Below are positions 1 to 8,858 of a DNA stretch of 58,892 bases, in pieces. The DNA is taken from positions 1 to 58,892 of the IMG/VR virus record IMGVR_UViG_3300021962_000120; one strand, written 5' to 3'. Under the pieces are notes generated by a model. That model was given only the letters and a program-made list of their open reading frames with translations, was not told the origin of the DNA and ran no database searches. The position numbers and the translations under genes are program-made. Source of the stretch: a virus. Its lineage: Duplodnaviria > Caudoviricetes. How positions within the stretch are numbered: position 1 is the first letter of the stretch; every line of letters starts with the position of its first letter.

Positions 1-29
1 GTGAGCCGTTTTTGCATCGCCTGTGCGTA

Positions 30-396
30 CATAGCACATAGCGCAAAGCACCGTGAAGGAGGTGCGTAACGCACCCATATGGGTTGGGGTCAAGGGTCGC
101 TATTCATGGGGGCTTGCGCCTATCGGCGTTTGGGGTTATGGGTGCATGGGGCGAAGGGGCCGATTTCTATAGACCACCACACGCAAGCGCATGGGGGATG
201 GGGCTGGATTCTATAGACCGCCCCCTTGCGCCCCTGTCTATAGACCCGCCCCCGCCCGCAAGGGGTGGGGTTGAGGGCCATAGCACAACGCCGTATAGCG
301 GTCTATAGAACGGGACACTGCGCCCCACCCACCCCATAGCACAGCCCCATAGCACCCCCTTAGAAGGAGCCATAGCAAGGTGCTATCCCATAGCAC
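30..396. repeat. GC-rich non-coding region with clustered short repeats (TCTATAGA x4, CATAGCA x6); candidate terminus, packaging or origin element
   Basis: Palindromic TCTATAGA at 166, 210, 237 and 302; CATAGCA at 30, 279, 335, 348, 371 and 389; G/C tracts; no credible ORF. Confidence 0.6.
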
Positions 397-417
397 TTCT
401 TTTAAGAGCGCACAGCG

Positions 418-455
418 TTCCCAAAAAAAATTACAAAAATGGATTTTTTATACCA
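418..455 (+). promoter_or_regulatory. A-tract plus TATA-like archaeal promoter, copy 1
   Basis: ttcccaaaaaaaattacaaaaatggattttttatacca, about 25 nt before ATG 474; a similar element lies at 1281-1318. Confidence 0.5.
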
Positions 456-464
456 AGACCTCCT

Positions 465-1274
465 GTGCGTGCTATGACAGGCCGCTCATTTGAAGAATCC
501 TTTCGGATTTTAAAGAGTCTCGTAAGTGAAATTGCCGACCCTACAATGCGAACAACTGGAAACAAATTAAGAGTCAATCCCAATGCCGCTGAGCAATATC
601 ACCGGATGAACCAAGGAAAACGGGACAGGCGAGCAGATGAAATTGCAGAAGAAAACATGACACCCAACATGGTGATTAACGAAAAAATGTCAAGAAGGCT
701 CCAACCCGTACTTGGTTCGCACGAATTGGACTTGTACCAAGATGACCGATACCAAAACAAAAGAGTTCCACCGGAAATACAAATAGGACATATGGTAAGT
801 GATTCACAAAACCTCTTCCATCGCAACCAACTTCATGAAATGCCCGCACCTCTCTCATTTGCTGAAGTACAACAAATGCAAGGTAGTGGACTTCAAGGCC
901 CACTTCCATATGAACAAATACGGCAGTTTCCCAATGAACCCACCAACCCCTTCAAATTGAAATCCAGCCCGTTTGACCTTGCATGGACAATCCTCAAGGG
1001 TGATGATGTACTTGAGCCAATCCGCCAACGCCAACGCCTCCGTGAACAAGAACCATTTAACCCATTTACCGTAAGACCACCCTCAACCCCGCCACCAATG
1101 CGTGAAGAGCGAAGCCTACCAATGGGAGGTACTGAAGGCATGTCCCGTGGCCCAATGCGTTCTCGCAAGCGAGGTAACCCTGCCAGTTCACCACGATTTA
1201 TACGACCGGGCTTCCGCTCAACTGAAGCCATGCCTTTGACGGATGAATCAGCCGAATACAGAATGGAATTATGA
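465..1274 (+). CDS. Hypothetical protein carrying one cargo-linker motif (KSSPFDLAWTILK); start may be ATG 474
   Basis: 269-aa ORF after a TATA element; motif at about 963-998. Confidence 0.75.
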   Translation: MRAMTGRSFEESFRILKSLVSEIADPTMRTTGNKLRVNPNAAEQYHRMNQGKRDRRADEIAEENMTPNMVINEKMSRRLQPVLGSHELDLYQDDRYQNKRVPPEIQIGHMVSDSQNLFHRNQLHEMPAPLSFAEVQQMQGSGLQGPLPYEQIRQFPNEPTNPFKLKSSPFDLAWTILKGDDVLEPIRQRQRLREQEPFNPFTVRPPSTPPPMREERSLPMGGTEGMSRGPMRSRKRGNPASSPRFIRPGFRSTEAMPLTDESAEYRMEL

Positions 1275-1280
1275 ACGGCC

Positions 1281-1318
1281 TTTCCAAAAAAAATAAAAAA
1301 AATAATTTTCATATACCA
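1281..1318 (+). promoter_or_regulatory. A-tract plus TATA-like promoter, copy 2
   Basis: tttccaaaaaaaataaaaaaaataattttcatatacca, about 25 nt before ATG 1338. Confidence 0.45.
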
Positions 1319-1337
1319 TTAGTTTCTGTAGCATTTT

Positions 1338-1430
1338 ATGGCTAAGAATTACTGTAACAAATGCGGCAGGGGTTTGGCCGGTACAAAGAAAAGCAACAGA
1401 TGCACTTTTTGTAAGAGGCACAACCAATAA
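1338..1430 (+). CDS. 30-aa zinc-ribbon micro-protein (not in ORF track)
   Basis: Manual translation MAKNYCNKCGRGLAGTKKSNRCTFCKRHNQ; two CxxC pairs; promoter-like element upstream. Confidence 0.5.
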   Translation: MAKNYCNKCGRGLAGTKKSNRCTFCKRHNQ

Positions 1431-1461
1431 CTTTAATTTCTGCACCGCACTCGCACCTTAC

Positions 1462-1617
1462 ATGATGCTGGCCGCACTGTTTATCCTGTCATTCATTGCA
1501 GGATTTTTCACAGTGTGGCTGGCTACACCCGACCCAAAAGACACCATAATTTTCATTGATGACGAAGAGGCGTTTCACCGAGCATGTTACAACGGTATGC
1601 GGAGGGGAATCCAGTGA
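1462..1617 (+). CDS. 51-aa single-pass membrane protein (not in ORF track)
   Basis: MMLAALFILSFIAGFFTVWLATPDPKD...; its TGA overlaps the GTG at 1614 (GTGA coupling). Confidence 0.6.
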   Translation: MMLAALFILSFIAGFFTVWLATPDPKDTIIFIDDEEAFHRACYNGMRRGIQ

Positions 1618-2510
1618 ATATATCCATCTACGAGGTCGGCCCTCGTGATGGACTACAAGCCCTTAAACAAATTGTGCCAACAGCCACGAAAAAAGAACTC
1701 ATTGCCAGCCTATACGCCGCAGGCTTGCAATCTATAGAAGAGGTGAGTTTTGCTCACCCTCGCCTCATGCCTCAAATGGCTGATGCTGAAGAAGTGTTTG
1801 ACAAAGGCAGTGCGCTGGTCATGAACAAGCGTGGCTACGACCGGGCTGTAGCGGCTGGCGTGCAAAAGTTCAACATTGTATTTTCACCGTGCGAGACTTT
1901 TAACATGAACAACATGGGCAAAACCCGCAGTGAAATCGTGCTCATGTACAAGACCTTCATGGACAAAGTGCCCAAGAAGAATGTGCGGGTGTACATCAGC
2001 ATGGCGTTTGGTTCACCCGACAGCGGAACGCCTTCACTTATCACACTTATTTCGTGCATTCGTGATGCAAAGATGTTTGGCGATACCGTGGTTTTTGCTG
2101 ATACAGTAGGCATTGGTACTGAAAAGGATATAGCAGAATTAGCCGAACTCGCCAAAAATGAAGGGATAAAAGCCGCCTTGCACTTGCACCACAATGGTAG
2201 TGAAGAGCGTGCACTACAATTAGTCCGTGCCGCTCTTATGAATGGGATTCGTGAAATTGACTCAAGCATCGGCGGGCTTGGTGGCTGTCCGTTTGCCAAA
2301 AACAGCGGAGCGAATCTGTCTACCGAAACATTAGTGTCTCATTTGCACGGTTGGGGTTTTACCACGGGTGTGGACGAAATAGCCCTCAAAGCGGCTTTAC
2401 AGATTGCTCAGCAAATTAAACTTAAAGAAACTGGCCATGGAAAAGAGGCATGGACGGGCGAAACATGGTTGGACTTAAATCTCCCAAGTGCTTCTCGGCC
2501 AGCAATTTGA
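1614..2510 (+). CDS. hmgL: Hydroxymethylglutaryl-CoA lyase (DRE-TIM family)
   Basis: EVGPRDGLQ, ADTVG, HLH, GGLGGCPFA and NLSTE motifs; GGAGG RBS before GTG 1614 (track start 1584). Confidence 0.88.
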   Translation: MNISIYEVGPRDGLQALKQIVPTATKKELIASLYAAGLQSIEEVSFAHPRLMPQMADAEEVFDKGSALVMNKRGYDRAVAAGVQKFNIVFSPCETFNMNNMGKTRSEIVLMYKTFMDKVPKKNVRVYISMAFGSPDSGTPSLITLISCIRDAKMFGDTVVFADTVGIGTEKDIAELAELAKNEGIKAALHLHHNGSEERALQLVRAALMNGIREIDSSIGGLGGCPFAKNSGANLSTETLVSHLHGWGFTTGVDEIALKAALQIAQQIKLKETGHGKEAWTGETWLDLNLPSASRPAI

Positions 2511-4074
2511 CTACATGCTCCATATCGGGGTGAATGTTTTCAATAAGCGTACCTTCGTTAGTGTCGGTCATTTTGTGCGCTCGGTCAAGAGTGGTAAGGT
2601 CATTTCGCAGTGCTTCAGTGATTTGATGTGGCAACTGCAACTCGCCTTTGAGCATACGCCAAGCCAAATCCATCGGGAAACTTTTCTTAAAGTGCCCCCG
2701 TTTAAGCAATTGCAAATAAATAGCCTGCAACAATACGCTTAATTTTTTAGGGTCGGTAATGATACTACCTTCAAAGGCAGGCATACCAAAAATAGAAGTA
2801 AAATTAGCCGCTATTGCTTTACCTTCTTCAGTATCAAGAAACTTAGTGTGTTCCATTGCATTTACTAAGTTTGAAACTTCATTTTTATGCCTCTTTGCTT
2901 CTTCCGCCGCCGCTTTGTTGGCCGCCCTTGTTTCAGCGGCTTTTCTGTTACGCTCATCACGCTCTTCTTGCGCTGTTTGATTGATTCCGTCCTGCACTGC
3001 TTTTTGATTCTGCTCATCTTTTTTTGCTGTTGCTTCCAATCGGCGTTTTTCACGCTCTTCACGCTCTTGCTGTAGTTTTTGTTGTGTAAATGCTAACATG
3101 TCATCTTTACGATTAAGGTTCCTTTGCATAAACGAATGCGGTAATACAGTGACGGCTCCTTCTTTTTCTTTTCTTTTATTTGCCTCTAAGGTGCTTCTTA
3201 ACGATGGTTCACTAAATGCATCTTGTAGTACGGGAGTATATTCTTGCAAAGTTTTACTTTGCCAGCCATCCTTTTTTCTTTCAAACAAGTTAGGGACAAT
3301 AGCACGCACTTTTCTGTTTTCTCTCCAATCGGGTAAATCGCTAAAATTAACAAAAGAGCCAACCGCATTTAACATTTGATGAGCAGGAATGTTGTACATA
3401 CCGGGAAACTTCTTTTGGTCGCTATGTTCTTGGTCATACATGAAATCAGCAGGATGGCGTGCATCAATCCACCTACCTTGCTCATCCTCGTATTCATTTT
3501 TCTCATTGGGCGTTAGTCCTTCCACCATTCCAGCACGGATTTTTCCATGGTGTTGTTCTCCAAAATAATTTTGTCGTTGCATATTTTCAATGGCTTGGTC
3601 AATAATGCGTTGGCGTGCTTGTGCGTATTCGGGGGTTTGATATTGAGAAGTAAAGTACATGTCTTTTAACAACCGCCACGACATGTCCATGGCTTCTCCC
3701 GTAGCGATTTGTGAGCCAGCCTTGGCTTTCTCGGCCATTTGCATGTTTTGGTCGGCCATGCGTTGTTGAGATTCCCGATTGGCTTGGGCGTAGGCCGCAC
3801 CAGCATCAGCCGCCGCCTTGCCTCGCTCTTTTATTTTATCAGTGAATGATTGTTGATTGTTAGCCTCGGTGATGTTTTCACCACCAGTAAGAGCATCACC
3901 CACCTTACCGCCTGTTTTTGCACCTAAAACGGCACCAGCAATACCACCGAGAACCGTGCCAACACCCGGAACAATACTTCCAAGAGCCGCACCACTGGCC
4001 GCACCACTGGCCGCACCACCTACAGTTCCAACAGCCTGTCCAATGTCACCTTTGACAAGGACACGCCTGCTCAT
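2422..4074 (-). CDS. Putative cargo polyprotein: N-terminal glycine zipper plus two linker-separated modules
   Basis: 550 aa; MSRRVLVK leader; GAASGAASGAALG...GGIAGAVLG zipper; linkers GEAMDMSWRLLK and KSFPMDLAWRMLK. Confidence 0.75.
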   Translation of the reverse strand: MSRRVLVKGDIGQAVGTVGGAASGAASGAALGSIVPGVGTVLGGIAGAVLGAKTGGKVGDALTGGENITEANNQQSFTDKIKERGKAAADAGAAYAQANRESQQRMADQNMQMAEKAKAGSQIATGEAMDMSWRLLKDMYFTSQYQTPEYAQARQRIIDQAIENMQRQNYFGEQHHGKIRAGMVEGLTPNEKNEYEDEQGRWIDARHPADFMYDQEHSDQKKFPGMYNIPAHQMLNAVGSFVNFSDLPDWRENRKVRAIVPNLFERKKDGWQSKTLQEYTPVLQDAFSEPSLRSTLEANKRKEKEGAVTVLPHSFMQRNLNRKDDMLAFTQQKLQQEREEREKRRLEATAKKDEQNQKAVQDGINQTAQEERDERNRKAAETRAANKAAAEEAKRHKNEVSNLVNAMEHTKFLDTEEGKAIAANFTSIFGMPAFEGSIITDPKKLSVLLQAIYLQLLKRGHFKKSFPMDLAWRMLKGELQLPHQITEALRNDLTTLDRAHKMTDTNEGTLIENIHPDMEHVVKLLAEKHLGDLSPTMFRPSMPLFHGQFL

Positions 4075-4098
4075 GTGCTACGCAGGAAGCGGTATGTC

Positions 4099-4104
4099 TT
4101 TAAA
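4099..4104. promoter_or_regulatory. Bidirectional TATA box
   Basis: Palindromic TTTAAA about 25 nt from both divergent ATGs (4074 minus, 4126 plus). Confidence 0.55.
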
Positions 4105-4125
4105 TTATTTCACCATGGAAGGAGC

Positions 4126-5451
4126 ATGGCGAGGGTGCTGATAAGCAAAGCAACCCTCGCTGATTTTGGTGTGCCTCGTCAAGAAGTAGCCGTGCGTCAA
4201 CCCATGCCCTCGGCTGAGGAAATGGAGCGCATAGTTCGTGAAAGTGATATTGCTCTAACACCAAAAGAGTTTGCTACAAAAGTGCCGCTTATTGAGCGAA
4301 ACACAGAAGGTTTTGATGAGCGTTTTGGAGATACAGCCAAAAGATTTGACGAACAAATGGGACTGGAAGGTGCTGTAGCGCAAGGACTTATTGCAAGAGA
4401 ACATCCTCAAGTTGCAGATTTAGACCCAAGACTTACACCCTTTCTTCGTGATTACTACAGCCGTCAATCCACTTTGCCCGAACACTTTTGGAATTACCAC
4501 ACTGAAGGGCCATATTATGATGAAGAAGGAAACATTTTACCCGGCCAAGTACCTCCTGTTGATGCTGTAAAACTAATGAGTGAAAGTGACATACGCTATT
4601 TAGGTGGAAGAGAAGGTGTTGGGTTAAAACCCGTACCGTTTAGTCAATCTAATCGTAATTGGGAAATGAATGAAATACCATTAAAATATCGTGTGCCTGT
4701 AGAAAATGCTGGATTTGTAGGAGGTCTTACAGAACAAGACATTCTTAGAAATCAAGCCGGTAATGTATCGGGTAAGTTGCCAAAAGGGGTTGTTGGTATT
4801 CGGGGTTTTGGCCGTCCACAAGATAAGGCTTTTGCTCGTAGTGTTGGCAGAGAAGGTAGAGAAGCAATATATACTGCACCTATACCACCCGAAAGACTTG
4901 TAGGTGTTATGCCAAGAACACGCATGACAGAAAATGAATTAAAAGGGGGTGAACTAAGGCATTTATACGCTCCCGAAAAACCATTTGAACAAAAATTACA
5001 TGAACTTGTTTCGGATGGTATAATCTCACCTATCAATGCTATGTATGCTATGATAACCCATAGAGCACAACAAAAACACTCACCCGAACATTTATTTGAA
5101 AATCCAAACCCGTTATTGGAACTTTACCCATCACCTTCCTCGTTAATAGATACCGATGCTGGCGAAGAAAAAATGCAAAAAGTGGGAGGATGGAGAACAC
5201 CTTTTGCTACACCAAGTAAAACAGCACGGAGACAAGTTGAAAGCAATTTTAGTGATGCTTTACCACTTGCATGGCAACAAGGCGTTTTTGGTCTTGAAAA
5301 TCCATTACTTACAGAAGCCGAAAAAGAAGCGTACTTAAAAGACATTGAAAATATGAGATACATGGATGATGACACAACTCCAATAAGAGACATTGACCCT
5401 AAAAAATTGAGAAGTCTTTATCCAAAACAAGCAGGGGTGAGGTTCGGATGA
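4126..5451 (+). CDS. Hypothetical protein, possible ADP-ribosyltransferase-like fold
   Basis: Probable start MARVLISKA at 4126; YH strand and EAIYTAPIPPERLV resemble ART-fold motifs (weak). Confidence 0.6.
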   Translation: MARVLISKATLADFGVPRQEVAVRQPMPSAEEMERIVRESDIALTPKEFATKVPLIERNTEGFDERFGDTAKRFDEQMGLEGAVAQGLIAREHPQVADLDPRLTPFLRDYYSRQSTLPEHFWNYHTEGPYYDEEGNILPGQVPPVDAVKLMSESDIRYLGGREGVGLKPVPFSQSNRNWEMNEIPLKYRVPVENAGFVGGLTEQDILRNQAGNVSGKLPKGVVGIRGFGRPQDKAFARSVGREGREAIYTAPIPPERLVGVMPRTRMTENELKGGELRHLYAPEKPFEQKLHELVSDGIISPINAMYAMITHRAQQKHSPEHLFENPNPLLELYPSPSSLIDTDAGEEKMQKVGGWRTPFATPSKTARRQVESNFSDALPLAWQQGVFGLENPLLTEAEKEAYLKDIENMRYMDDDTTPIRDIDPKKLRSLYPKQAGVRFG

Positions 5452-8060
5452 AGCCCGTGCAAGTCAAAAAGGCGTATTTGCCCACCATTGATGAGGCACG
5501 GGGTGTTTCGCTTGACGACATCCAAGCCTTGCGGTGGATTCCGGGTAAATATCGCTCTTCGTTTAGCCAAGCAACCCCGTTTAGAACTCCGGGTAATATC
5601 AGATGGGAAAAGGATAAAGAAGAGGATTTGGGAGAAGCCTATCGGCCAATACCGGGTTTTAGAGAAGGCACAAACTTTCAAGGTTATTTTCTAAATCCTG
5701 CCACCGCTTACGGTGCTTTGCAAGGGGATGTGGGATGGAATACCCTTGCAAATAGGGCAGTAAACCCAATTCTTCTTGGAATAACGGACACTCCTCATTT
5801 TTGGCGTACACCAAAACAAGGAGCATCAATGCAAGGTTATGCTGGTGAGGGTTATCGTTATGGAACGCTACCAAAAGCAAGTTTCGTTGAGATACCGCAC
5901 GAAACTTCTCCTATTGATATGCAACGAGCCATGATGGATTTTCAACGAAATCGTGCGTTACAAGGAATGAGTTCGGATGAGGCTTGGGACACAATGGCTG
6001 AGAAAAACCCCGATGAGTATGATGTGGCGGGTTTGTTTCCGAGAAAAATTACTGAAAACATATGGGGGCAACCAGCACAAATGGCTGGCAACCCTGTCGT
6101 TGATTTTAATTGGGAAAGATACAAAGTCGCCAGCGAACCAATGGACATCGCCTTCCAACTGCTCAAACAAAGCCTTGAACTGCAACCACCAATGACTCAA
6201 GGTGTTGAAGAAGAGCAATCAGTTGAAGAAGAAATGCCTATGCAGGAAGTTTCAATGGGTGATTACGAAACCCCCTGTGAATGTGCTGAACGAATACGAA
6301 CCCATGTAACTTCCATAATCCGAGAAGGACTTGAAAGGCTAAAGAGTAATCCACAAGACATATATCGCAGTGGTTGGGAAGTTTGGGAAGTTCCCTCTTT
6401 AATAGAAAGTAATGAAAGCAACTTAGCAGAATTAGAACAGATGAGTTGTGAAGAAATCCTACAATGGGCCGAAGGTCACTCAGTATATTCCAAAATGTGT
6501 AATAGTGGTGGGATAAGCGAAGCCGACCAAATGAAATATGCAGGTGAACCAATGGACATCGCTATGCGGTTGCTCAAAGAAGACCCGCTTCATCTTCAAT
6601 CAAGCAATACTCTCGCTCGTCGTGCAAGAGAAGAATTAGAAACTGATAAGATGGGTGAAAACAGTCCGGCTTATCAAGAAATGATGGAGCGAATGATGGA
6701 AATGTACGAACCACAAGACAATACCATTCCTCTTGAAGACAACCTTGACCAATATGCACAAGAAACAGGTAAAAATCCGTGGCGTATGTTATCCGGTCGT
6801 GAAATGCCAAATAAACACGGCGGTACAGCAAAAGTACATCTTGACCCACTAACTCCAATTCATCCTCAACAATTTTATGATTGGCAAGCAAAGAACGCCA
6901 GCGAACCCATGGAAATCGCCTTGCAACTGCTCAAAGAGGATATTGATTATGAGGAAGATGATTACATTTATCCCCATGAGCAAATATGGAATGATGAAGC
7001 AGATGAACAACTAATTGATACCACCAACTCTTTGTGGGACTATGTTAAAAACATGAGTAATGATGATAAAATAGAATGGCTAAGGCTTCAAGGTAACCCT
7101 TTCATGCAAAGAGGTATGCAACGAATGAATGGTGATTTTCCGAAACTTAGTCAGCAAGATATTGACGATTCAATTTGGGAGATGATGTTTGACGCTTGGC
7201 AAGACTCACAAATGGAAATGCCCGACGGAATTGATTTTGATTTAGGTGGTAATCGTAAAATTGAACAGACTCGTGACCCAACAAGGGCATACGCAGTACA
7301 CCCCAAGTATTGGAAAAAATTAGCCAGCGAACCAATGGACATCGCCTTCCAACTGCTCAAAGAGCGTGTAAGTCCCGAAGCCAAGCGGCACAAGTTGGAG
7401 TACGACAAGAAGTACGAGTCCACGCCGGAGCGGGTGAAGTACCGGGAGGAGTTGAACCGTGAACGCCGTCGCCGTGGTATCTACGGTAGCCACGACCATA
7501 AGGACATCAGCCACACCGAGGGCGGCAAATTGACCCTTGAAGGCGAGCATGAAAACAGGGCACGGCACTTCAAAGACAAGGGAACTCTTCGGGATTTGAA
7601 CAAAGCACAACAAACTTTACCTTCATACGACAAATCTCAAGTTGAAAGTTTGGTTAAACCCGACCAATCCACCATGTATATTTCATCAAGACCGGGAAGA
7701 GAAAAAGTCACGGCAGAAGAGCAAAGTGAAAAACATGATGCGTTGTTAGCGGCTATAGCGGAATTAAACAAAAACAAACAAATGAACATCATGACGGGTA
7801 CTGGTGAAGGTGAATGGGGTAAGGAACATTCAATTGCTATTCAAAATTATCCGCCCGAAATGAAAGAAAAATTGTACGCTTTAGCGAGACAATTTGGACA
7901 GGATGCAGTGGCCGAATCAAATGCAAGGGAAAAAGGAATGCGTTTTGTGAATCCAGCAACTCGTGAAGATACCTTTTCTTTTGGAGGTCGTGAAATACAA
8001 GAAGAACCTCGTTACAGCACCAATTTCCCGACAGGACAAAAAATTACTTTTACTGAGTAA
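5448..8060 (+). CDS. Putative cargo polyprotein with four EPM[DE]IAxxLLK linkers (ART-like, acidic, HNH-like and DUF3293-like modules)
   Basis: 870 aa; linkers at 6129, 6540, 6897 and 7323; ATGA overlap with the upstream gene. Confidence 0.8.
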   Translation: MKPVQVKKAYLPTIDEARGVSLDDIQALRWIPGKYRSSFSQATPFRTPGNIRWEKDKEEDLGEAYRPIPGFREGTNFQGYFLNPATAYGALQGDVGWNTLANRAVNPILLGITDTPHFWRTPKQGASMQGYAGEGYRYGTLPKASFVEIPHETSPIDMQRAMMDFQRNRALQGMSSDEAWDTMAEKNPDEYDVAGLFPRKITENIWGQPAQMAGNPVVDFNWERYKVASEPMDIAFQLLKQSLELQPPMTQGVEEEQSVEEEMPMQEVSMGDYETPCECAERIRTHVTSIIREGLERLKSNPQDIYRSGWEVWEVPSLIESNESNLAELEQMSCEEILQWAEGHSVYSKMCNSGGISEADQMKYAGEPMDIAMRLLKEDPLHLQSSNTLARRAREELETDKMGENSPAYQEMMERMMEMYEPQDNTIPLEDNLDQYAQETGKNPWRMLSGREMPNKHGGTAKVHLDPLTPIHPQQFYDWQAKNASEPMEIALQLLKEDIDYEEDDYIYPHEQIWNDEADEQLIDTTNSLWDYVKNMSNDDKIEWLRLQGNPFMQRGMQRMNGDFPKLSQQDIDDSIWEMMFDAWQDSQMEMPDGIDFDLGGNRKIEQTRDPTRAYAVHPKYWKKLASEPMDIAFQLLKERVSPEAKRHKLEYDKKYESTPERVKYREELNRERRRRGIYGSHDHKDISHTEGGKLTLEGEHENRARHFKDKGTLRDLNKAQQTLPSYDKSQVESLVKPDQSTMYISSRPGREKVTAEEQSEKHDALLAAIAELNKNKQMNIMTGTGEGEWGKEHSIAIQNYPPEMKEKLYALARQFGQDAVAESNAREKGMRFVNPATREDTFSFGGREIQEEPRYSTNFPTGQKITFTE
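6129..7361 (+). repeat. Four dispersed in-frame 39-bp direct repeats
   Basis: gccagcgaaccaatggacatcgccttccaactgctcaaa is identical at 6129-6167 and 7323-7361; 3 mismatches at 6897-6935; degenerate copy at 6540-6578. Confidence 0.95.
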
Positions 8061-8063
8061 GCA

Positions 8064-8231
8064 CTCACTTACCTCACTTTACTCAAACTTCACCTCACCT
8101 AAAATGAGGTAACCGAAATAGTCACTTTATTCAGTACCCTTACTCTCAATATAATAGTAGTATAGGGATAGTGAATAAATGAAGTAAACTGGGGGGTCAA
8201 AAATAGTGAGTGAAGTTTTGAGGTAAGTGAG
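8064..8231. repeat. Non-coding nested inverted repeat around an AT-rich core; candidate origin or structured element
   Basis: ctcacttacctca (8064-8076) pairs with tgaggtaagtgag (8219-8231); aaacttcac (8085-8093) pairs with gtgaagttt (8210-8218). Confidence 0.7.
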
Positions 8232-8271
8232 GAAAGCGAAACGCTTATATTGACCACTCATGTGACCATGG

Positions 8272-8847
8272 TTGAGGACAATGCAACAAGGTAGCAACAC
8301 TTCCGACGCTGAAATCCGACTTATGGGCCTAATTCTTGCTCAATCCGCACTTGTGGGTTTGGCAATTGGCCTGTTTGACGCTGATATGTGGTTGAACACA
8401 AATGACCCAACGGTGAATGGCTTTACTTACGCCATGGCCGCATTTTTCGTGCAAGGCATCGCCTATTATTTCTTCAAAATGTTCTTTGAACAAAACATGC
8501 AAGAAAAAGTGCGGATTCAAAACATGGAGCGAGAACGACAAGGGCGTTATCGTACTATGCAATATCAATTTGATAATCGCCGCTCGGAAATGGAACTTCG
8601 TATGCAAGAAGCCCAGTTGGAGGCTGAATTGCGTTGGATGGAAGCCAACCCCGGTAAAATGCCGCCATCGTGGGGCGTACCGGGTGGTTCTCCTTCGTTA
8701 ATTGAACAGCAAGAAAACAAACTAATTTCCAATCCACCAAAGCATTCGGCTGAAATCAAAGCACCAGTCAATCTTGGTATCAAGGAAGAAGAAACTCCTT
8801 TGAAAAAGGACGGCACTCCCGACAAGCGATACAACAAGAATGACTGA
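8272..8847 (+). CDS. Membrane protein (2 TM) with coiled-coil C-terminus
   Basis: Two hydrophobic segments, then an E/Q/R-rich helix; BRE/TATA-like gaaacgcttatat at about 8238-8250. Confidence 0.75.
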   Translation: MRTMQQGSNTSDAEIRLMGLILAQSALVGLAIGLFDADMWLNTNDPTVNGFTYAMAAFFVQGIAYYFFKMFFEQNMQEKVRIQNMERERQGRYRTMQYQFDNRRSEMELRMQEAQLEAELRWMEANPGKMPPSWGVPGGSPSLIEQQENKLISNPPKHSAEIKAPVNLGIKEEETPLKKDGTPDKRYNKND

Positions 8848-8858
8848 GTGGTGATGGT

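Noticed and set aside
84-373. Short ORFs at the left end
   Set aside because: No RBS, atypical composition, and they overlap the repeat cluster.
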